Source of the DNA: Diplonema japonicum
Lineage: Eukaryota > Protista > Euglenozoa: Diplonemea
NCBI GenBank assembly: GCA_964019335.1
Contig: OZ025667.1
Span: 62,001 to 126,000, forward strand
Length of the DNA stretch: 64,000 nt
Reading direction: 5' to 3'
This document shows, in pieces, positions 1-10,958 of this stretch (position 1 is the stretch's first letter; each line of letters opens with the position of its first letter). Made by a program: the position numbers and the translations under genes. The notes beneath the pieces are model-generated. The model was given only the letters and a program-made list of their open reading frames with translations. It was not told the origin of the DNA and did not search any database.

Positions 1-532
1 TTTTTCAGTAAAGGTGGTACACAAATTTGTGGGGGGGGGGGGGGTGCTTGGAAATTTCACAACAAAAAATAAAAGCTCCATTGAGGGGCGTGGGTGTGAT
101 TTTTTTTTTTTGTTGCAAGGCAGCCACCAACAGTGGCCTCGTGTTCAGGCGTCCTGTCACATACCGCAGGTACCCTTAAATGTCTTTTTTTTTTCTTTTT
201 TTTTTTTTTTTTTTTTTTTTCTCTACCGGCCCATATCCCCATTTTTTTGCCTATCGGTTTTGAAGAAAAAAAGAAAATGTACATCACCATTGTGTTTACC
301 TACACAAAGGTGAGTAGGAATTTTAAAAAAAAAATAAGTATTGGCAACAACAGGGTATATGCGGCCCCCCCCCCTCTTTTTTATTTAAAACCCTATGAAA
401 GAACAAGAAGTTGAGTAGAAAGAAAATGAGATTTTCACTCCCCCAATTTTTCGCCGAGTTCTGTTACTTCTTTTTTTTTTGTGTGCAAAAACATGTAGTG
501 ACGATTGGGGCCAGCTACTTCTTTTTTTTTCC

Positions 533-564
<32 letters not shown>

Positions 565-1102
565 CTTTTTTTTGTAATTATCAACGAGAAAATATTGTAG
601 GGCTAAATCGTTATCATTTCTTTTTCTCCCCCATACGAAAGAAAAAAAAGAAAAGAAAGGAAAAACATTTTAACCACTTCCCTCCTTGTTCCTAACCTCT
701 TTTTTTCCTCTTAACTGGATGGTGATTTAAGATTTAAAAAAAAAAAGAACTCGTGAATATGGGGGGTATCTCAACATAAGGAAACACTTTTCTGTTCCGA
801 AGAAAAGAAGAAAATAACCCGGGTGAGGAAAGAAGAAAAAGAAAAGAGAAAGAAAAAAAAAAAAAAAAAAAAAAACACAGAGAAATAAAGTTAATTGCAT
901 ACCGCGACCTGTTTGGCATTTTACGTCCGCCCCTCTTCCACAAATAAAAAAAGAGGAAAAAAAAGATTAAAGTGAGAAGGGGGGATGGTGTTGTACATGT
1001 TTACCAGAGTTTGTAAGTGGATGTAAGTTACTTTGTGTGTGCTTTTTTTTTTTTTTTTTTTTTTTTTTTCTCTCGCCCCTCCTCCTCCCCTTAACTGAAA
1101 CG

Positions 1103-1133
<31 letters not shown>

Positions 1134-2122
1134 CTTCGAACACAAGAAATCTATACATATTGGTAGGGAAGGGAAAAAAAAAAAAAAAGTGCTCCCAGAG
1201 AATAGTGTTACGGGGCGGAGTCGGAAAAGCAAACAGCAGGAAGTAGGCGGGGAGGGGGGAAAAAAAAAGAAAAAGAAAATATAGCTCGTCCGGAAAGGCT
1301 GAGGGGGGGTATGCAAAACAAGAAGATTCTGGACTCCAAAAATAGTGTGGAGATTTTTTTTTCCCCGAACGAGCTCTATATTTTCTTTTTTTTTTTCCCC
1401 CTTCTTTTTTTGTTCAAATTGCGTGGTAGTTGCTTCCAAGGTGGTTGCTTTCCCCCGTTCTCACCCCAAGAGAGACAAGAGAAGAAGAAAAAAAACTCTT
1501 TTTTTTATTTTTTTTTTTTAGTCTTCCCTCTGGAAATGAGCGGGAAAAAAAAAAAAAAAAGAAGAAGAAGAAAAAAAAAGAAAAAAAAGGGAAACCCTGT
1601 TCCCTCTCCGTGATAGTGTGTATCAGTAAAAAAAAAAAAGAAAAAAAAAAAAAAAAAAAAAAGAATAAAAATAATAAAGAAATGGAAGGTGCCGTGCCCT
1701 TCATTTTCAGGAAGAAAAAAAAAAGAATGCCGTTGCCTTGTGAAAATCTTTTTCGTCCCTTCGATCGCCTATCCGTCCTTTTTTTACCTTCGTACCCCCG
1801 TGAACCCGAAGGGGAGACCCACAGGAGAGCAAAAGAAAAACGAGCCTTTTCTTTTCTTTTTCTTAAAGATAAAGACTCACAACTTTTTTTCCTCTCGCCG
1901 CCGCCCTCCCCCAAAAAAAATTGTTCTTTCCCCACTTTTCTGTTATGTGTTCTTCTTTTTTTTTCCCTTCATTTTTTTTTCTTTCCATTCTGTCTATTCG
2001 TCTTTTTTTTTTTCTCCTGGGAAAAAAAAAAAAGAAAAAAAAAAGAGAAAAAAAAAACGCACACACGCACAGGGAAGGACAGCGACCCGAGGAGAGAAAA
2101 AAAAAAAATAAAAAAGAGAAAT

Positions 2123-2474
2123 ATGGCTACCACACTTGCAGCAATATCTGGTGATAAGAAATTAGTCGATATGGATTGGAGATTTGGTGGTATGGGGAAG
2201 AAGAAAAAAAGGGGGAAAAAAAGAAGAAAAAAAAAAAAAAAACCAGTAACGGCTGCAACAAGCGAATCAGACAGCGACGGGTCAACCTTCTTACAACTAA
2301 AATTATCCCTACAGGACAGTGCCGGGAAGACCGAGCGGGTCTACTTCGGTATTTCTTTTTTTTTATAAAAAAGTTTTTATTTAACCCCCCTCCGCAGAAA
2401 TGACTCTTCCACAATTTTACGAGTTCTTAGCGTCACTAGAAGCAGCAAAAGTGAAAATCGACACATTGACATAA
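2123..2474 (+). CDS. COMM-domain-only protein (COMMD6/7-like), 3 exons: 2123-2189, 2247-2348, 2398-2474
   Basis: Spliced translation MATTLAAISGDKKLVDMDWRFG-VTAATSE...FLQLKLSL...VYF-EMTLPQFYEFLASLEAAK matches the COMM motif (L.DMDWR.GV..S / E.TL.QF..FL). GT-AG introns at 2190-2246 and 2349-2397 restore the frame. Confidence 0.85.
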
Positions 2475-2483
2475 AAAAAAATT

Positions 2484-2518
<35 letters not shown>

Positions 2519-2640
2519 CCTTTCTGTTTACCACGACTCACCCCGTGTGTGCGTCTTTTTTTTTTTTTTTTGTTGTTGTTCTTTCCCTTCCGTATGTGGT
2601 TTTATTTTTTTTTTCCCCCGCTGCCCGGAGGGGGGGAATA

Positions 2641-2675
<35 letters not shown>

Positions 2676-2691
2676 AGGGGTAAAAAAAAAA

Positions 2692-5600
2692 ATGAAAAAC
2701 CAGTTCACGGTAATAGCAGGATTAGTCCTGGCAATTATAATAGAGGCCAACGCAGGACAAAGGATATGTGAAGGGGAGATACGGGTCCCGAGCAATGTGG
2801 AAATAAAAACGATGACGGTGGAGCTGGTGAGGAAGGAAAACAAGGGCGTGCTAGAGTCTGTAGAAGTGGCACCCGACGGTTATTTCGCCCTGCCCTTGGA
2901 GGGGAGGGTATTGAAAGACTTCGAAATTTCGCTACGAGGCTTCCCCGGCGGCTGGGAAATGGACAGAACCACCGCAGAATCTTCCGAGTGCACATCTGGC
3001 ATGGTGGTCTTTTCACTAAAAGGGATCTCCGTAAAGGGTAAAATTCAAAACCCCACCAGCATCCCTCTACCCGAAACAACCGTGACCCTAACAGCAATCC
3101 CCGATGGGGAAAAAATTACAGCAACATCTGACCCGATAACAGGGTTTTTTAAAATCCCCAACGGCGTTCCGTTGTCAGAGTACAAGCTCACCGCTACAGA
3201 TTCAAACGGTTTTTTCATATTCACGCACCCAACCATGAAGGTGTCCGGACCAGGTGCCGATTTGAACGAAATCACTGTTTCCGGTTTTAAATTCACGGTG
3301 GTCTCACACGACGGTGAAACAAGACAGATCACAACCGGGCTGAACCCCGCAACTGAAATTGAAGCCCTCAAAACCCCATCTCACGAAAAGTACACATTCG
3401 AGAAAAAAACCAACTTAGAAAAATTCACCGTCAACTACATCATCTCAAAAGTCCTCTGCCAAGGCTCCATCACCGGTGGCCTATCAGGCGTTGAAATCAT
3501 GCAAGGTGTCGTTTCCGACGAAACCGGGCACTTTGAAATCAAATTAGACATAGGAAAAACGTACCACATCGCTCCGAAGAAAGCTGGGTACACATTTGAT
3601 AAGGTGGAGGTTGTTGGATCGACGCAATTGACGATTCCTATCATTGTCCCGAGAACTGTTTCTGTCTGCGGCAAGATCATGACCACCACGGTGAAGCCTT
3701 CCGAGGTAGCACTCCGACCCCTTTCACAACCGGTCAACGAAGACGGCACTTTCTGCGAAACCGCTTCTTACGGTTCGACGGTTCTCTTCACCGTCGTGGC
3801 TCCCAAAGGGGTTACTGTTTACCCGAAAACTTACGAATACCACGCTACAACCCCGAAAAACGATCTTATCTTCGATGAGGCTCTTCTCGACATCCCTGGG
3901 GCGTTGTCTTGCTTTGTTTCGAGCGAGTGCAAGGACGTCACCGTCCATGCTACATCGGCAGAGGATTCCACCACAACATCTGTTAAAACCGGTGAAAACG
4001 GTGAGTTTGTGTTCAAACAAATCCCGCCTGGTAAATACCGTATTGAGGTGGCTGCGGAGGGGAAAAAAGTGAACGGGAAGAAAATATGCTGGGAAACCGG
4101 TACCGACACCAACGCAACACCAAACATGAACAAGGTCCTCATCAAGCAAAAAGGTTACGAGGTGCACATCACAGGTGTTACCGGGGTAAAGGCAAAAATC
4201 ACAAATGTGAAAAAACTCGGATCACCCGCAACGCCACTCACATTCAACAAAAACACGATAGACATGTGCCTCACATCTGTCGGGCCCGGTGTTAAAGTCG
4301 TACCTGATGGGTGCATGGACTTTACCGAAATCGATTTGAGCCAAAGGAAAGACACGTTCACGCTGAGCCCAACCGGGTTTGCCGTTCGCGGAAAGATCGC
4401 CACTTCCTCAACTGCAGTCCGTGTGAAGGCTGTGTTTTCCCCATCATCAGTGAGAAAGGAGATCCCGGTTCAATCCACGAAGACGGGTTTTGAATTCGCC
4501 TTTGTATCCCCTATTGGTGAAACGGTGAAGCTAACCCCGTTATCGGACGATCCTGCAGTGATCTTCCATCCGGGTTCGTTTGAGTTCACAACACCGAAAG
4601 ACGCGTGTGTTGGGGAGGATTTTCTGCCTGTTTTCAATGGGGAGAAGGGTGTGTATGTTGAAGGGAAGATCTCACCAGCGTTGGAAGGCGTGAAAATCAC
4701 CTTTAAAAACGAGGAAACGGTGACGGGCGTGAACGGGAAATACACGATCGGGCCTTTGAAGGCTGAGACGAACAACGACACCCCAACCGCAACAAAGAAG
4801 GGCTACACCTTCAACCTCGAAAACGACGGGACAACCTTCACAGCGAAAAAACTTTCAACGATTGTTGTTAAGGCCATCGACACGACCTCTAAGAAGGGGG
4901 TGGCAAACACCTTTGTGTCCATCTCAGGAGAAGGTCTACGATCGTCAAAGTACACCCCTGAAGACGGTGAGATCGAGTACCCCGGGCTTGCTCCAGGGAA
5001 GTATCACATCGCTGTCTCCCACAAGGAGTATGATTTTGGTAGAGAAACTGTTGTTTTGGAGGATGGCGGGCTTCGTGTTGTTGAGCTGAAGTCCGTTCGC
5101 AAGGCATTCTCCGTGAATGGGGTTGTGAGGATGGCCACCAAGCAGGGCCTCTCCGGCCTCCAGGTCCATGCTGTATCAACGCTCAATGGGGATATTCTCG
5201 ACGCAACTACGTCTGCCGACGGTTCGTTCGTCATCTTGGCCCTGCAGCCCAACACCCCTTACTCCGTTTCACTTAAAAAGGGATCTTGCGAGTACTCTGA
5301 ACCGGAGCAGCACACTGTGACCGTTACCAATGCCGACGCACAGCCTATTGAATTTACAGCACTGCCTTCACCGAGCGGTACTGACGTTAGAGGCAGGGTA
5401 GTGGTCGATGATGCGTTGCTTGGAAAGGTATTTTTTTTTCCCTTTTTCTTTTTGGAGGGAGTTCAAAAAAAAAAAAAAAAAAAAAAAAGGTTGACGTGCA
5501 GCTTCTCAGCCACACCGGGGTGGTGTTGCGGCACCAGGCAGTCTCGAAACTGAAATTCTACGAGTTTCTGAACGTGAAACGCCCGCAGGACGGGTTCTTT

Positions 5601-6014
5601 GAAGTCAAGGTATGATAAAAAAAAGGGGGGGGGGAATAAATTTAACAGGTCGTTCCCAAACCCGGCAGTGGCATTCCAGGGTCCTCCAAGGTGAAGGTGC
5701 ACCCCTTCTCGGGGACCGGTGCTGGGTTGGTCGTCATCGAGAAGGATATTTCGTTTTCCCCGCCTTCTATGGGCGGGACGCAAACCCCTCACGCCTCAAG
5801 CCCGTCTATCTCTGCGGTGCCGGGGCTTCTCCTTGTTATCAGTGCGGTGGTGGCACTCTTCTTCCTTCGAAGCCAAGCAAGCGCCGCTGTAAGCAATATC
5901 AGATCAGCCAACGGGTCTCTCCAGTACAGATCTATGACAAAACACGCGAAGGTATTGTTTTTTTTTTTCTTCTTCTTTTTTTTTTTTTCTAATTAAAAAT
6001 CACAGAGACGGTAG
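2692..6014 (+). CDS. NOMO: Nodal modulator (NOMO)-like ER type I membrane protein; introns 5428-5489, 5610-5648, 5952-6005
   Basis: Signal peptide, C.G start, APDGYFALPL..W motif typical of the NOMO N-terminus, repeated beta-sandwich modules (T..NG.F.F, PG.Y), a C-terminal TM helix and a basic tail (KHAKRR) after splicing. Confidence 0.8.
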
Positions 6015-6034
6015 TGTGTTTTTATGTATCAAAG

Positions 6035-6775
6035 AATAGCTATTTACTGCCAACAAGTAATGACTTTACCGTTACCTCGAGGTTCCGCATTTTACCGTCG
6101 AGGGCCCGCAGGGCCCGAGATGGTAAAATGCGGAACCGAGAGGTCGGTAAAGCATTACTTGGCGGTAGGTAAGTGGTTTTATTTCACGACACTCAGAAAT
6201 TACTTCACCACGAGGGGCACAGCGGGGTGACAAGGGGTAACAAGAGAGGGGTTACAAAGGTTACAATACAAGTTGTTTTTCCTCCTTTTGTTGAGTAAGA
6301 GCTGCCGCTGTCGCTGGCATTGCACTGTCACCATCTCTAATCAGGCCTTCTCATACCTGGCGCGGCCGCTGGCTCCTTTTTTTCTGCTGCTTCGGTATTT
6401 TGAAGTCATTTGGGGAGCTTGGGTAAGCTGACTAAGTTACCCTCACCCACAGAAGAGTTACCCCCAGAAACTGGGAACAAGGCCTAGCCAAAAGTGGGCA
6501 AATTGAGAGGAAAAGTAGTCCAACTTGGAACTGAGCCGAGGCAAAAGTTGGTCAATTGAGCTGAACCTGGGGGGAAACTAGCAAACTGAAAGGAAAAAGT
6601 AGCCCACTGGGAACCGAACCGAGGCAAAAATTGGCCTACCGAGGCATATTATTTAACGGAAACCCCCTATTACTTCACGGAAAACAGGCCATTATTTCAC
6701 CGTGAAGTAATGAGATTTAGCGTGAAGTAATGGGCCCCCCAGTGTGTGAAGTAATTTCTGAAGAGTGAAATAAAA
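6035..6775. mobile_element. Non-autonomous hairpin-ended element, copy A (unclassified; Crypton- or Helentron-like architecture)
   Basis: Imperfect hairpin 6041-6171 centred on GGGCCC-GCA-GGGCCC (6102-6116). TTTTATTTCAC...CAGAAATTACTTCAC (6177-6208) is inverted at 6746-6775. Ends are homologous to copy B. Confidence 0.7.
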
Positions 6776-6927
6776 AAAGAAGTTAAAAAAAAAAACTGGA
6801 GGAAGAGGAAGGGGGGGAAAAAAATGTATTTTTTTATTCCTCTTTTTTTTGTCAAGAAATACCAACATGAAAAAGGGAGGGGAAACCGAAAAGAATAAAA
6901 AAAAGAGAAGCTGCAGCATACGATGAC

Positions 6928-7683
6928 ATGCTCAGGCGGTCCCCGTTAGTTTTGTTCAACGCTCGCGATGTGTTGGGCCTCACGGGCCTTGCGGTGGTGG
7001 GGCCCAAGGAGGTTAAGAAAGCTTATCTGAAGCTCGCGAAGCGGTACCACCCCGACACCGAGACAGGGGACATCGCGAAATTCAGAGATGTAAAAGAAGC
7101 GTACGAACGTTTGAAGAGCATGAAGCAGCGAAACACCGTTTCAAAAGGAAGCCTGATGGACGAACTGAAGAAATGGTACAAGGAACGCCCTCCCACAAAT
7201 ATGAGGAAGGGGACGAAAACCACGGCCCCACGTTCAAGAGCTCGCCGAGGGTACGGGCAAGGGACGGAGAACTGTGGGCTGTGCGGGAAACTAATAGCAA
7301 TTCCCGTGAGAATGGTCAAAACATCAAACTGCAGCTGCAACCCCGCTTACTGCATGACCTGCGTGCGGGACTCTCTAGGACTCAACGGAGTTCTTGTTCA
7401 GCACCGTTCGCCCAAGCTCTCCCCTTGCCCTTCCTGCCATGCCACTGTAACCTACCCTCCCACAGAGCGTGCTTATGTTATAGACACTCACCTTTCTAAT
7501 TATCTCGACAAGAAATTCGGGCCGATAAACTGCCACCGTTGCCCCGACTGGACGGGCCCGCGGTCAGGGTTTCTCGAACATATTAAAAAGTGCGGGAAGT
7601 GCCCTAAATGTGGGACGCCTGTGCGGGCCGTGAACATGCCGTATCACAAGTGCGGGCAACCGTTGAAAATATGCAGGAAGTAA
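6928..7683 (+). CDS. DnaJ/J-domain protein with C-terminal RING/TRAF-like Cys/His zinc fingers; likely mitochondrial presequence
   Basis: KKAYLKLAKRYHPD J-domain motif; CxxC...CxC...CxxC...CxxC plus further CxxC/H clusters; MLRRS N-terminus. Confidence 0.8.
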   Translation: MLRRSPLVLFNARDVLGLTGLAVVGPKEVKKAYLKLAKRYHPDTETGDIAKFRDVKEAYERLKSMKQRNTVSKGSLMDELKKWYKERPPTNMRKGTKTTAPRSRARRGYGQGTENCGLCGKLIAIPVRMVKTSNCSCNPAYCMTCVRDSLGLNGVLVQHRSPKLSPCPSCHATVTYPPTERAYVIDTHLSNYLDKKFGPINCHRCPDWTGPRSGFLEHIKKCGKCPKCGTPVRAVNMPYHKCGQPLKICRK

Positions 7684-7844
7684 AATGGGGATCCCTCTGC
7701 TGAACATGATTTTTTTTTCCTTTTTTTTTTCTGATCGCGGAGGGGGCGCTGGGAAAGTTTTTTTCTTCTTAATATTAAGCCTTTCACGGGGAAGAAAAAA
7801 AGAAAACACAACACAGAACCCCACTAAGAAAAAAAAAAATAGAA

Positions 7845-8531
7845 ATGTTCCGTTCTCTCTTGCTGGCATCGTCTGTGGCAGGTGTGCTCGGGAACCTGCC
7901 TGAGGTGTGGAGGCAGTTCCCTTTGGAGGATCCTGGACTTCCGGGGATTCCGCCTTTCCAGCCGCCTGACGTTGAGGTAGCGGGTATCCCTGTAAACGGT
8001 CGCGACGGAGGTGTGGACTTCGCCCTGCTGGGTGGGCCTGAGCCTGCCTATATCGAGGAGATCCCTTCGTTCCTGAGGCAGGCAACGTACCACGCGGTAC
8101 CGTCTGTGGCTGAAGACGGTGGTTTGAGGTTTGAATGCCCTCTCTCGCAACCTTGCACATTCTTCGTTATTGCCTTCCACTGTGTCCCGTGCTCCATTGG
8201 GCTTGGCGGTGGTCTGACCCAGAACCTCCTCCTGTCGGATGGGTGGGAGGCTCGTAGGTGTGCTCCTGTAATGATGTTTGGTTCGGACCCTTCCTCATAC
8301 CCCATGATGGCCTTCCGCGTGGAGGTGGCTCCTATGTCCTCTGTTGAGACGCCACGCTTTACTTCAACGGGAATTTACATCGGTGTGTTCGCCACCGTTG
8401 GCTCCACGCCTTTCTGTGAGATCCCTCGCCGCCCGCATGGACCCCACCAGGTTTCCCTCACTCGTTGCTCGAGTTCTACTTGCCCCATGAAGCCCAAGGA
8501 GAACGGGCCTCCTGTTATTGGGGTGAGGTAA
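7845..8531 (+). CDS. Secreted Cys-containing protein of unknown function, paralogue 1
   Basis: 228-aa ORF with signal peptide; colinear and highly similar to 10278-10958. Confidence 0.8.
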   Translation: MFRSLLLASSVAGVLGNLPEVWRQFPLEDPGLPGIPPFQPPDVEVAGIPVNGRDGGVDFALLGGPEPAYIEEIPSFLRQATYHAVPSVAEDGGLRFECPLSQPCTFFVIAFHCVPCSIGLGGGLTQNLLLSDGWEARRCAPVMMFGSDPSSYPMMAFRVEVAPMSSVETPRFTSTGIYIGVFATVGSTPFCEIPRRPHGPHQVSLTRCSSSTCPMKPKENGPPVIGVR

Positions 8532-9174
8532 ATAGGGAAAAAAGAAATTTAAAAAAAAAAAAAAAAAAAAATGAAGAAAAAAAGTTAACACAAACTACTA
8601 TACACTGCACTCGTGGAGTATGCTTGGGGGGTAGAAAGCCCTTTTTTTTTTTTTTTTTTTTTGTTTCCCCAGCTAAATAATAATACCCATGGTGAGAGCA
8701 ACAACGCACAAATACAGAAAGAAAAAGGAGAGGGAAAAAAAAAATAAAGAAACCAAAAAAAAAAAAAGTCTGGGCTATAAAAAAAAGTTTAGTCCGTGAC
8801 ACACAATCGAATTATTATTTTTTTTTTTTTTTTATGCACACTTTTCAACTAATATTCATCAATTTTTTTAAAGTTTTATTGTCTTCCCCATTCCCCCCCG
8901 CCTGCTGTTCTCCAGTACAAGTTGGTTGACTTGTTTGAAAAAAAGAATTAAAAATAAAAAAAAAAAACATATCTGCACAACTTTATTTTCTTCAAAAAAA
9001 AAAAGAAGACTCTCTTTTTTTTTGTTGTTGAAGAAAAATGCCGCGTGTGCTTAGACCATCGGGCATTCTTAGCATTGAACCAAAGGGGAGAAGGAGGGAA
9101 AAAGAAAAGAAATCCCTCCCTATTGTGTTCTCTAGTGCTCTCGATCCGACCGAAAAAAGGAGGAAAAAAGGTTC

Positions 9175-9209
<35 letters not shown>

Positions 9210-9671
9210 TCCCCTTCAGTCATGTGTTAGCCTCGTCCCACCCCCTTTCTTTTGATGGGTAGGTCGATACCTTCCCCATCATAAATATTTATGATATCTT
9301 TTGGTGTTGACACCATGTACTGAAATCTCATGGTGGGTTCCACTAAAAGTTCACATTTTTTTTTCTTCTTTTTTGAGTAAAAAATGGCGTCTTACAATGA
9401 CCTCGTTCTTTCTTCCCCCCCCCTTTTTTTTCTTTCTTCTTTTTTTTTCTATTCTATTGCCCGTAAACTACAACTGGTAGTTGGCAGGGTTGGGCAATGA
9501 GAAAATCTCCACAAACAAAAAAAACAAAAAAAAAAATGGAACAACTAAGGTTCCCTCTTTTTTTTCCTTTTTTTTTTTCTTCAAAATTTCTTCCTCCATT
9601 TTTTTTTTTTTTTTATTTTCCCCCGCACTTCTTTTTTTTTTTTTTTTTTTATATTTGGCTTTCAAGAAAAA

Positions 9672-10246
9672 AATAACTATTTATTGCCAACAAATAATGA
9701 GTCATTATTTAACTCGAGTTCCCGAATTTTTTGCACGAGGGCCCGCAGGGCCCGAGTGCAAAAAAACGGGTAACGAGTGTTAAATAATGGCTCATTTGGC
9801 GGCAAGTAAGTCGTTTTATTTCACTCTTCGTCATTTGAGTCACTCACTCTTCACTGCTTTCACTGCTGTTTTTTTTCACGCAGGTCAGCTTTTTGGGGAT
9901 TTTCCTAAGGTAATACAGGGTAGCTATTTCGCCGTGGCATTTAAAGGGGAAGTAAGGCACTTATTCCCACTTTTAAGGGCTGGAATGGCCTCAGATGGCC
10001 AAAAATAGTCAAAATACCCCCACCCCAAAAAAATTTTTCAAGGGGTTGGGTGCATTTTTTTCCACGACAAGACCCATTTTTTCACTCTGAAGGGCCATTA
10101 TTTAACTGCAAAATCTCATTATTTAACTAGTTAAATAATGGCGATTTCGCGTTAAATAATGGCCGTTTCGCGTTAAATAATGGCCATTTCGCGTTAAATA
10201 ATGAGGCCCCTAGTGAGTGAAGAAAATGACGAAGAGTGAAATAAAA
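9672..10246. mobile_element. Non-autonomous hairpin-ended element, copy B
   Basis: Hairpin 9678-9808 centred on GGGCCC-GCA-GGGCCC (9739-9753). TTTTATTTCACTCTTCGTCATTT (about 9814-9836) is inverted at about 10224-10246. ~20-bp repeats of GTTAAATAATG at 10130-10203. Confidence 0.7.
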
Positions 10247-10277
10247 AAAAAAAGCCCTAATAAAAAAAAAAAAAAAA

Positions 10278-10958
10278 ATGTTGCGTTCCGCCTTGCTAGT
10301 GTCGTTTGCTGCAGGTGCTCTTGGGGCCATGCCTGAGGTGTGGTTGCAGTTTCCAGCAGCTATTCCGTTCCCAGGGCTTCCGCCTTTCCAACCGCCTGAC
10401 ACGGAGGTTTCGGGGACCTCTGTGAATGGGCGAGATGGGGGTCCCGCCTTTCCTCTGGAGGGTGTTGAAAATGCGTGGATAGAGAAGATCCCCTCGTTCT
10501 TGAGGCAGGCCGAGTACTTTACGGTTCCAGTAGTATCTGAAGGGGGTGGTTTGAGGTTTGAATGCCCAATTGCGCAGCCTTGCACGTTCTTCGTTATGAT
10601 TTTCCACTGTGTCCCGTGTTCTATTGGGCTTGACGGTGGGTTGCCCAGACTCCTTCCGTTGTCAGATGGGTGGGAGGCACGCAAGTGCGCACCTGTTGCC
10701 TTGTTTGGAACAGACCCAGAGTCTTACCCTATGATGGCCTTCCGTCTGGAGGTGGCTCCTATGTCCTCTGCAGTCACCCCCCGTTTTGCTTCAGGAGGGC
10801 TTTACATCGGTGTGTTCGCCACCGTTGGCTCCACGCCGTTCTGTGAGATTTCCCCCCGCCCCCAGGGCCCTTTCCAGGCGCCCCTTACACGTTGCTCTTC
10901 CTCGTCGTGCTCTATGAAGCCTGTTGAGGGGGGTGGTGGTCTTCCCAATCTTAGGTAG
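10278..10958 (+). CDS. Secreted Cys-containing protein of unknown function, paralogue 2
   Basis: 226-aa ORF sharing LRFECP..QPCTFFV..FHCVPCSIGL.GGL and SDGWEAR.CAP with 7845-8531. Confidence 0.8.
   Translation: MLRSALLVSFAAGALGAMPEVWLQFPAAIPFPGLPPFQPPDTEVSGTSVNGRDGGPAFPLEGVENAWIEKIPSFLRQAEYFTVPVVSEGGGLRFECPIAQPCTFFVMIFHCVPCSIGLDGGLPRLLPLSDGWEARKCAPVALFGTDPESYPMMAFRLEVAPMSSAVTPRFASGGLYIGVFATVGSTPFCEISPRPQGPFQAPLTRCSSSSCSMKPVEGGGGLPNLR

Noticed and set aside
120-315. Possible micro-exons (AATNSGLVFRRPVTYR; MYITIVFTYTK followed by GTGAGT)
   Set aside because: They could not be assembled into a recognisable protein; any upstream part lies outside the window.
1-2110. Many poly-K/poly-F ORFs here and in all intergenic regions
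   Set aside because: They are translations of homopolymer tracts that lack stop codons and show no protein-like content.
6024-6230. Similar short ORFs in both hairpin elements (IAIYCQQVM...RGPAGPE / ITIYCQQIM...RGPAGPE)
   Set aside because: The similarity is explained by conserved DNA termini and apex; starts and stops differ between the copies.
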